Assembly (NCBI RefSeq): GCF_006345805.1
Contig: NW_021824879.1
Coordinates: forward strand, 1 to 17,446
Source of the DNA: Octopus sinensis
Lineage: Eukaryota
DNA length: 17,446 nt
Direction: 5' to 3'
Shown here one piece after another: positions 9,226 to 17,446 of this stretch (positions are counted from its first letter, which is position 1; each line of letters opens with the position of its first letter). The position numbers and the translations under genes were made by a program. Under the pieces are notes generated by a model. The model worked only from the letters and a program-made list of their open reading frames with translations, ran no database searches and was not told the origin of the DNA.

Positions 9226-9228
9226 TAT

Positions 9229-9488
9229 TTACATTTGACGGATATTTGTCCTCATCTTCTTTGTTGTTAACACAATATTTCGGCTGATGTACTCCCCAGC
9301 CTTCGTCAGGTGAAGTGGGGGAATTTCTAACCTGAGTTCTCACTCCTAAGGTATTTTCCGATGTTGTTATTATTATTATAATTGTTGCTGTGGTGGTTAT
9401 TATTCAGGTCACTGCCATAAATTGAACTCGGAATTTCGGAGCTGGTTAGTAAGCCCGCACTCTTAACCACTACGCCACATGCCCGTGG
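9229..9488 (-). mobile_element. tRNA-headed SINE-like element with internal (TAA)-rich linker and hammerhead ribozyme motif
   Basis: Minus strand has A box TGGCGTAGTGG (9467-9477), B-box-like GAGTTCAATT (9420-9429), a TAA/CAA-rich linker, a hammerhead at 9271-9312 and a (TAA)n tail. There is no run of four T on the minus strand between the head and the ribozyme. Confidence 0.8.
9271..9312 (-). ncRNA. Minimal type I hammerhead ribozyme motif
   Basis: CAC-CUGACGA-A-GGCUG-GGGAGUACAU-CAGCC-GAA-AUAU-U-GUG. Intact core (CUGANGA, GAAA, UH), 5-bp stem II, 3-bp stem I, palindromic 4-nt stem III. Predicted cleavage is between 9274 and 9273. Confidence 0.75.
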
Positions 9489-9590
9489 AGGGTCGATAAA
9501 TTAAGTACCAGTAAAACATTGGGGTCTATGTAGTCGACTAGTCCCCTTTTCCCAAATTTCAGGCTCTGTACCTTTAGTAAAAAAGATTAT
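9489..9590 (+). mobile_element. 3' fragment of a Nin/Deu-like SINE
   Basis: GGGTCGATAAATTAAGTACCAGT....TTGGGGTC.ATGTAGTCGACTAGTCCCC...CCAAATTTCAGGC...CCTTTAGTA.AAAG.ATTATTAT. Confidence 0.8.
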
Positions 9591-9594
9591 TATA

Positions 9595-9678
9595 AGCACA
9601 TTAATAATTATTATTGTTGTTGTAGTTGTTGTTGTTGTTGTTGTTGTTGTGTTCTTCTTCTTCTTCTTCTTCTTCTTC

Positions 9679-9732
<54 letters not shown>

Positions 9733-9795
9733 CTCCTCCTCCTCCTCTTCTTCTACTTCTTCTTCATCATCTTCTTCTTCTTCTTCTTCTTCTTC

Positions 9796-9839
<44 letters not shown>

Positions 9840-9875
9840 TCTCCTCCTCTTCTTCTTCTTCTTCTTCTTCTTCTT
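9595..9875. repeat. Compound trinucleotide microsatellite (GTT)n(CTT)n(ATT)n(CCT)n
   Basis: Directly visible. Confidence 0.95.
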
Positions 9876-9887
9876 GTAGCAATGCTT

Positions 9888-10012
9888 GCGTAGAGTTGGT
9901 GGTGCGTTGTACAAAATGTCCCGTAGCATATTTCTTTCAGCATTTCCGTTCCGAGCTCAAATCCCACGAGTGCGTCTTGGCCTTTTCATCTGTCTTGAAG
10001 TCGATAATATAA
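9888..10012 (+). mobile_element. Highly diverged 5' part of a Nin/Deu-like SINE
   Basis: GTTCCGAGCTCAAATCCC...CTTGGCCTTTTCATC...GTCGATAATATAA is colinear with 2095-2160. Confidence 0.5.
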
Positions 10013-10204
10013 TTTACTCGCTCAAGAACTGTTTGGTGATGGATATAATTATGAATAGACGGCATGGTGGTGGGTAGAGGAGGGAATTGTAGACGATTAG
10101 GTTATCTACACCCTTACACACACACACACACACACATACGCATCTATAAACGCCTTGTTTAATACTGTCGCCTTCTGGCAAACTTAGAAATCATTAACAG
10201 TGTC

Positions 10205-10331
10205 AGCGTTATCATCATCGTCGTCGTCGTCGTCGTCATCATCGTCATCAGGATCATCGTCATCATCCTTATCGTCATCATCATTATCACCTTCTTCTTC
10301 TTCTTCTTTCCCTCATTATCATTATCATTAC

Positions 10332-10406
<75 letters not shown>

Positions 10407-10478
10407 GTCATTATTATTATTATTATATTATCATTACCATTATTATTATTATTATTGTCATCATTATTATTATTAGTA

Positions 10479-10515
<37 letters not shown>

Positions 10516-10516
10516 G

Positions 10517-10557
<41 letters not shown>

Positions 10558-10720
10558 TTAATTTTTTTATAATCTTCATCACATCATCACCGTTGTCATC
10601 ATCATCATCCTTATCCTCATCATCATTTTCATTATCATCATTACAATCATTATTATTATTGTTATTATTATTATTATTATTATTACCAGCAGCAGCAGCG
10701 ACAGCAGCAGTAGCAGTAGC

Positions 10721-10755
<35 letters not shown>

Positions 10756-10803
10756 CAGGTGTTGTATTAGTAGTAGTAGTATGATCTTCATCGTCATCAT
10801 CAT
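10205..10803. repeat. About 600-bp compound trinucleotide array (TCA/TCG/TTA/GCA/GTA)
   Basis: Directly visible. It accounts for the poly-S/Y/I/L/V ORFs. Confidence 0.95.
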
Positions 10804-11085
10804 GGTCTTCTATATCTATACGTTATCGCTATAAGTATTACCGCCTTTTATTTTCTTCGACTCCTTTTTTCTTTTAATCGTCCAACCCTTGCTCTCCCTG
10901 TCACGTCACGCCATCTATCTCTCCCTATATGTAACCGTCACCCCACCACACACAGACACACACACACACGCACACATTCATTCATTCATTAATCCAATCT
11001 TTCTTTCCTTGACTATTTTCCAACATCCTTTTTTTTTCTTTATTGTTTCTGTTTATCTTTTGTTTTTCCTTTCCTATTTTGCTTT

Positions 11086-11133
<48 letters not shown>

Positions 11134-11484
11134 TATTTATTTCTTTATTTATTTTTTTATTTCTAATTCCGCAAGTTAATCAACTCTTGTGAAAGTAGTC
11201 GCGTCCTCTGGGGGAATATTATTATGGGTGATTTAGCTAGAATAGGTCGATCGCAGGTCTACGAGGTTCAAATGTTATTTGTATGATTTGGTTATTTATT
11301 AACTTGTGATTCCACAGAGGGAAAAGAAAAGTGAGAAACAGTAAGAGACCAGACCGATTCAAAATGGCGTCAGTTCATTTGCATTGCAGTTTTAATAATT
11401 GGCGTAGCTGCCAGAGTTCGGAGTTGCCTTTGGCAGGCCGGATGGACATACTGTTTAGATAGAGAATATTAACTATTTATTTCA

Positions 11485-11536
11485 CTGTCTGTCTGTCCGC
11501 CTGTCTATCTATCTATCTTTCTAACTGCCTGTCTGC

Positions 11537-11619
<83 letters not shown>

Positions 11620-11624
11620 CAATA

Positions 11625-11657
<33 letters not shown>

Positions 11658-11769
11658 GTCTGTCTGTCCATCTGTCTGTCTATCTATCTATTTATATCTA
11701 TCTATTTATTTGTTTATCTGTCCGTCTGCCTGTCTGTCTCTACGTCTCTCTGTCTGTCTGTCTGTCTGC

Positions 11770-11810
<41 letters not shown>

Positions 11811-11811
11811 A

Positions 11812-11856
<45 letters not shown>

Positions 11857-11857
11857 C

Positions 11858-11888
<31 letters not shown>

Positions 11889-11963
11889 ATCTGTCTGTTT
11901 GTCTGTCTATTTGTCTGTCTATCTATCTACTGTTTATCTTGCTCACTCCCTCTTTCTATCTGT

Positions 11964-12002
<39 letters not shown>

Positions 12003-12021
12003 TATATATAATACATACATA
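11485..12021. repeat. (CTAT)n/(CTGT)n tetranucleotide array followed by (TA)n
   Basis: Directly visible. Confidence 0.95.
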
Positions 12022-12700
12022 CTAGCTGAATGACCCGGCGTTGCGTGGGTTACTGTGTGTCCTTACTCAGATTAATGAATAATGAATATAAAGATATATT
12101 CTCATCATTATTTCAAACATTTCTATATTTCATTTTAAAATATCCAAATTGTAATAATAGAATTTCAAAATGGAAGTCTGTTAATGTTGAAGCACCCCAG
12201 GGTAAACAATATTGAATGAGTAATTTTTTTATTAGTTTTGAAATGAATAAATTGTTGCTGCTTCCAACTCGCGAGCAAGCAACATAGAGTTGGTCATGGG
12301 AGAAGCATGTCGTAGAGAGACCACGTCCAACTACCTTTGCAGATTGACCCTGAGATTTGTTAATTGAAATACCAAAACTTACTTTGACTTGAAGTTGAAG
12401 CGTCTTAAATTCGAATGGAACATCTGTAGGTATGAGGGGGATTTTTGAAATAAAGACATTTTCTCCTTTGTGACTACCTGTTATGATTGTTGTCTGTAGG
12501 ACATGGGGTTTCATAGAAGTAACAATTTACATTACACAGTTGAGGTGGGTCAAGATTCCTAAGCAACATAACGGGAGCACCCAGTTTTAGTGACGAGTTA
12601 TGCGGCGGCATCCCACTGGGTTTAAATCTGTTTAGAAATTCAACAGGGTATTGAACAACCTGACATTGCTCGACCGTTGTGAATTGATCGAAAAGTCATT
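12022..12700 (-). mobile_element. Helitron 3' fragment: decayed Pif1-like (SF1B) helicase C-terminus of RepHel plus terminal hairpin and CTAG
   Basis: Minus strand gives QYPVEFLNRFKPSGMPPHNSSLKLGAPVMLLRNLDPPQLCN, a frameshift, then IVTSMKPHVLQTTIITG...IPLIPTDVPFEFK...SINKSQGQS...CFSHDQLYVACSRVG, another frameshift, then NIVYPGVLQH* (stop 12181-12183). The terminus is a GC-rich imperfect hairpin (12033-12050) followed by CTAG (12022-12025) and a host T. Confidence 0.92.
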
Positions 12701-12951
12701 TCTGATGTATGTTAACTTTTGGGAAAATTCGCACACAAGATCCGATTTTTTTCCCTCATAGCTTTTAGGAAAATGAATATTTTTCAATGAAATTTTATAT
12801 AAATACTTTTCAAATGGCATAGATTACGATTATAAAGAAATTTGTGGAAAATAAAACTTTTTCGAGGATGTGAGGTGAGGACTTTCGAAGAGAAATGAAT
12901 TCATAAATTACTTTTTTACTTCAGTGGAAAAAGTTTGAGAAAAAAATCTTT

Positions 12952-13165
12952 AGATTTATTTATTTTCCGTTTGAGTAATAGAAAACTATTTTTAAAGATC
13001 CCAACGGTGGAGATGTGCTAAAAAACCCAGCTAAATGGCCCTTAACTTTTTTTCCATAAGGGAACTATTCAACACCGTATTTATGAATTTGTTTATCTCA
13101 GCGTGATACATAGGATCTTTTTCAAAACCTTTTTTCTGTTACTCAAACGAAAAATAAATTAATCT
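12952..13165. repeat. Inverted repeat with arms of about 50 bp and a spacer of about 110 bp
   Basis: 12952-13001 versus the reverse complement of 13113-13165: the first 35 nt match 31/35 (AGATT.ATTTATTTT.CGTTTGAGTAA.AGAAAA) and both end in AAAGATCC. Confidence 0.8.
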
Positions 13166-13218
13166 TCCAAAATGACTATGCGTCACCAATGTAACAAAGT
13201 ACAGAAAGACAATATTTA

Positions 13219-14750
13219 TTGCCGTGCTAATGATGCACAGATATGCACTGAGGCTGTGGCATCCCCAGATATTCTGCCCAAACGGTGATCAGGTATGGTT
13301 ACCGTTTGTCAAACAGGCCTTTCCACAGCTCGTTTCCTTGACTGAGCTTCAGTCTTGAGTCAAGAAGAGACCGAGGCAGGGTGACTGGCATCTGGAATGT
13401 TGCCAGGCACTCACTTCCCTCTACCAGATAGGCTATGCAATCTGTAGAACATCCACTCTTGAGTTCTATAGAGAGTTGGTGGAAGGAAAGAGTGATAACG
13501 CACTTCGAGAGACGCTAGACGTTAACGAAGTCGAACTAACCAGTCTGTTCAGGAGGAATTTCGATCAGGGGACGATGGATAACTTCCAGAAATCCCTAGT
13601 TTGGCAGTGCTATCGGGAGGCACTACCGGTTCGAGATAAACTTTACAGGTACGGAAGTGCTGTCAGACGGACCTGCCCGAGATGCACACAGAGCGACAAA
13701 ACCGTTCTGCACGCACTCGATCAGTGTTCTTGCATTACTGACTTGTAGAGTATGTTCAACAGGCGCAGGAGTGGCTGTGTGGTAAGTAGCTTGCTAACCA
13801 ACCACGTGGTTGCGGGTTCAGTCCCACTGCGTGGCATCTTGGGCAAGTATCTTCTGCTATAGCCCCGGGCCGACCAATGCCGTGTGAGTGGATTTGGTAG
13901 ACGGAAACTGAAAGAAGCCTGTCATATATATGTATATATGTATGTATATATATGTATGCGTGTGTGTGTTTGTGTGTCTGTGTTTGTCCCCCTAGCATTG
14001 CTTGACAACCGATACTGGTGTGTTTACGTCCCCGTCACTTAGCAGTTCGGCAAAAGAGACCGATAGAATAAGTACTGAGCTTACAAAGAATAAGTCCCGG
14101 GGTCGATTTGCTCGACTAAAGGCGGTGCTCCAGCATGGCCGCAGTCAAATGACTGAAACAAGTAAAAGAGTAAAGAGTAAAGAGCTGTTATCGCGTGTGG
14201 GACGGATCCGGCTATCGGCCGAGTCCATAGTGAAGATCGATCCGCCGCTTTTTCATCGGTCTGGACGAGCAGGCAATTTTCCTCTGTGAGATAGCAGTAA
14301 CGAAAGAGTTTGTATGGTGAACCAGGCTGAAAGGACTGAAGACAGACACTTTTCTCTTCGGGAAATCCCTCATCAACTTTTCCAAATCTCACTTGGAAAG
14401 GAAGATGAGGGTTGAGAGAGAAGGGCTACCTCCCAGTATATTTGCTAAAAGGTGGGTGAATGTAGCGAAAAGGGCCCGTGTGAGTGGACCTACTCTAATA
14501 ATGTGCCTATAGGCTAATGAATTTGAGAGGGAGAATGGTGCTCTTCCCAGATGCCCACGAAGCGTCGAGTGGCTCAGGATAGGTGGGGGTACCTGAGCCA
14601 ACTCCAGGAAATGTAATTGGTATATTCTTTTTGTTGAATATCATTGTTATTGCTTTAACTGTGTACTCGTTGTTTCTATATAAAATCCCCATTGTCCAAG
14701 TCTAATTATCGTCCCCTATATGTCAGCCCTAGTGGCTAATAAATAAAAAT
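13219..14750 (+). mobile_element. 5'-truncated L1/Tx1-type LINE: ORF2 C-terminal region pseudogene (zf-RVT-like), 3' UTR, AATAAA and (TAA)n tail, split by a SINE
   Basis: Frame from 13236 reads HRYALRL...QS*VKKR (TGA at 13356-13358)...KSLVWQCYREALPVRDKL...CPRCTQSDKTVLHALDQC. It resumes at 14185 with LLSRVGRIRLSAESIVKI, frameshifts, then KEFVW*TR...FAKRWVNVAK...MCL* (stop 14510-14512). AATAAA is at 14738-14743, followed by (AAT)n. Confidence 0.85.
13761..14184 (+). mobile_element. Full-length young CORE-type SINE inserted in the LINE reading frame
   Basis: A box TGGCTGTGTGG, B box GGTTCAGTCCC, CORE CATCTTGGGCAAGT, central (TA/TG)n, tail module, and terminal (GAGTAAA)n repeats. Excising it rejoins CAACAG|CTGTTA (Q-Q-L-L). 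Confidence 0.92.
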
Positions 14751-14754
14751 AATG

Positions 14755-14794
<40 letters not shown>

Positions 14795-14798
<4 letters not shown>

Positions 14799-15155
14799 CT
14801 CTTTACTCTTTTACTTGTTTCAGTCATTTGACTGCGGCCATGCTGGAGCACCACCTTTTAGTACTTATTCTATCGGTCTCTTTTTGCCGAACCGCTAAGT
14901 GACGGGGACCTAAACACACCAGCATCGGTTGTCAAGCAATGCTAGGGGGACAAACACAGACACACAAACACACACACATATACATATATACGACAGGCTT
15001 CTTTCAGTTTCTGTTCTACCAAATCCACTCACAAGGCATTGGTCGGCCGGGGCTATAGCAGAAGACACTTGCCCAAGATGCCACGCAGTGGACTGAACCC
15101 GCAACCGTGTGGTTGGTTAGCAAGCTACTTACCACACAGCCACTCCTGCGCCTAT
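14795..15155 (-). mobile_element. CORE-type SINE (same young subfamily as 13761-14184) inserted in the LINE's (TAA)n tail, with a 41-bp internal deletion
   Basis: The head differs from the 13761 copy at about 8 positions in about 163 nt. It lacks CGAGCAAATCGACCCCGGGACTTATTCTTTGTAAGCTCAGT near 14862, at an AGT microhomology. (AAT)n lies on both sides. Confidence 0.92.
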
Positions 15156-15191
15156 AATAATAATAATAATAATAATGATATAATAATATAA

Positions 15192-15232
<41 letters not shown>

Positions 15233-15277
15233 TAATAACAATAATAATAATTATTATTTTTATTATTATTATTATTA

Positions 15278-15351
<74 letters not shown>

Positions 15352-15360
15352 GTTATTATT
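15153..15360. repeat. (AAT)n immediately followed by (ATT)n: an inverted microsatellite
   Basis: AAT repeats at 15153-15250, ATT repeats at 15251-15360. Confidence 0.95.
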
Positions 15361-15575
15361 AAGGCAGCGAACTGGCAGAATCATTAACGTGCTGAACGAA
15401 ATTCCTTGCTATATTTCGCGCGTTGCTATGTTCTGAGTTCAAATTCAGCCAAGGCCGTCTTTGCCTTTCATGTTTTTGAGGTCGATAAAGTAAGTATCAG
15501 TTAAATACTGGGGTCGATGAATCGACTCATCCCATATCTCCTTCCAGCTGCCCTTGTGGCAAAAATTTGAAATAA
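15361..15575 (+). mobile_element. Near full-length Nin/Deu-like SINE with (ATC)n tail
   Basis: AAGGCAGCGAACTGGCAGAATC...GTTCTGAGTTCAAATTC...CTTTGCCTTTCAT...GAGGTCGATAAAGTAAGTA...CTGGGGTCGATG is colinear with 2031-2256. Confidence 0.85.
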
Positions 15576-16444
15576 CTATCATCATCATCATCGTCGTTGT
15601 CATTACGTAAGCTGAAATTTTCGAGTAATTGATTGTAGACAATACTGTCATGATTAGATCGAAGAATATATGGAAGAAAATATACCGACAAGATATTTTT
15701 GAATCTACATATTTTAAGATTTACTGGAGTGACATAACACAGTGAGAACGACCGTGTGGATTATGAGGTATGTGATATGTGGCTACGAAAGTAAAGATTT
15801 GAAGATAAAATTTAACAGTCAGTATTCCTCTGTTCACGTACCGGTAAATAAATAAAGACTAGAAGATCCGTTGTAAACGTTGTGAACATAATTTTAAGCC
15901 GAAACGAATATTTACATTAATATTCTTTCTACCGCGACCCATAGTTATAAAAACGAGGTAGTCAGAAACGGATGCAGATGTTTATCAAATCTATCTTCAA
16001 ACGATGTATCCTTGCAGATTATTGTAATGATGCTTTTAAACGGTGTGAATTCACAGGAATACATATATAACACCCAGCATCGTACAATATTAAATCTAGA
16101 AGAAACAAAAATAAGAAAATTATTTAGTTTGATATCCCCTTAACATGAAATAAGTTGCGACTATCTTTTATTTTATCTACAAACTATTCTCGAAAAAGCA
16201 TTCTTATCATAAATCGTTTAATAAAAGTAGAATCAAAGTCAGCTACATCTGTTCCGAGTGTTTAGATATTGTCATAAACGAAATCAAAAGCAGAAATTCT
16301 CTTCATATTTAGAAATACAGGTATGTCTCTACTTAGATCGGTTATAGGCTCCCAGACATGAGATATCACTTGGAAAACGACGTAACCTGAAAATGTATTT
16401 TCAAAACATTGTTATCCTGTTTCTGCTTTAATGAATGTTTTCTC

Positions 16445-16588
16445 GTTTGTTTTCAGTCATTAGACTGAGGTCATACTGGGGCACCGCCTTGATGAATTTT
16501 TCAGTCGAATGGATTGACCCTAGTACTTTTTTTTAAGCTTGGTACTTATTCTATCGGGGGAGGGACAAACACAAATACACACACAAAC

Positions 16589-16654
<66 letters not shown>

Positions 16655-16724
16655 GATAGATGAGATAGGATGGATGGATGGATGGATGGATGGACGAACG
16701 GACGAACGGGCAGACAGATAGACT

Positions 16725-16812
<88 letters not shown>

Positions 16813-16855
16813 CACGACTATCAGTTTCTGTCTACTAAATTCGCTCACACGGCTG
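16445..16855 (-). mobile_element. Decayed CORE-type SINE whose central tract is an expanded (GATA)n/(GGAT)n array (about 16588-16812)
   Basis: Tail TTTCAGTCATT.GACTG.GG.CAT.CTGG.GCACCGCCTT...GGTACTTATTCTATCGG at 16452-16557, then GGGACAAACACA, and after the array TCAGTTTCTGTCTACTAAATTC.CTCACA.GGC. Confidence 0.75.
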
Positions 16856-17263
16856 AAGCGTTAGCGGAAAGGTTATCAGAATAAACAAACTTGTAATTCG
16901 CTGGCCAAAATGTGTTGATTGTAATGGTACTTACTTTGATGAATAAAATTTTCGCATTGTTGAAATATGTGATGAATTTCATGTTTCAAAACGTTGCTTA
17001 CTTTTACTCAGCCTGATATATTTAACTCTGAAATACGACATTGAATAGAAGGTCCGAGTTGAACCGAATATGTTGGCATTAAAAGCATAACATTTTAAAT
17101 CGTCTACTTGATATTTTATAAATCTAGATATTTTGGTAATATAACTACTTTTACTATACATGTACGTACACACATATATACATACATATGTGCACGTGTG
17201 TGCGTATGTGTGTGTGTGTGAGCATGTTTGTGTGCGTGCGTGTATGCGTGTGTGTGTGAATGT

Positions 17264-17335
17264 AGCACTGGGCTCGATGTAATCGTCTGATCCTCTTTCG
17301 CCAGGAGTTCTGGCCTTGTTTGTCTGTTACAAATT
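17264..17335 (+). mobile_element. 3' fragment of a Nin/Deu-like SINE with (TCA/TCG)n tail to about 17412
   Basis: GCACTGGG.TCGATGTAATCG.CT...GGCCTTGT..., followed by ATC/GTC repeats. Confidence 0.6.
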
Positions 17336-17446
17336 ATCATCATCGTCGTTGTTGTCGTCATCGTCATCATCGTCGTCGTCGTCGTCGTCATCGTCATCAT
17401 GATCATCATTATTTAGGTGTGCGCTAACGTTTTGCATTAAACAAAT

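Noticed and set aside
8488-14512. LINE and Helitron ORFs as functional genes
   Set aside because: All three are 5'-truncated, with frameshifts, deletions, in-frame stops or a SINE insertion.
1994-15155. tRNA-like A/B-box sequences as tRNA genes
   Set aside because: None closes an acceptor stem or a full cloverleaf. Each continues into SINE body sequence repeated in the window.
15719-15767. AG...GAG|GTATGT exon candidate encoding IYWSD (YWTD-repeat-like)
   Set aside because: The 49-nt segment has stops in all three frames, and the surrounding translation has no other beta-propeller features.
4353-17409. Many ORFs in the track with poly-Y/I/L/S/N/H or YI/THTH/YLSI runs
   Set aside because: They are translations of di-, tri- and tetranucleotide microsatellites, which lack stops by construction.
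1-17446. CRISPR array, rRNA or prokaryotic operon/defence system
   Set aside because: No regularly spaced repeat-spacer array, no rRNA-like sequence and no dense coding. The composition is that of a metazoan repeat-rich region.

Overview
Eukaryotic, AT-rich, repeat-saturated non-coding DNA (intronic or intergenic). The SINE families and microsatellite load suggest an octopus/coleoid cephalopod genome; this is inference from recalled repeat consensus, not a database search. No intact protein-coding gene, rRNA, true tRNA gene or CRISPR array is supported. Supported features are three decayed autonomous-element fragments: an R4/Dong-type RLE LINE 3' end (8300-9142, -), an L1/Tx1-type LINE 3' end (13219-14750, +) split by a SINE, and a Helitron helicase C-terminus with its CTAG end (12022-12700, -). 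There is also a 415-bp MITE with 29-bp TIRs and an 8-bp TSD (1088-1502), more than a dozen tRNA-derived SINE copies or fragments of several families (including a three-level nest at 1994-2810), and many microsatellites. The most notable signal is four minimal type I hammerhead-ribozyme-like motifs of one architecture (stem I, CUG(A/U)NGA, extra A, stem II, GAA, tiny mostly palindromic stem III, UH). One sits inside a tRNA-headed, Pol III-type SINE (9229-9488, -), and two share an A6->U core variant. Ribozyme activity is inferred from fold only. Boundaries next to microsatellites are approximate.
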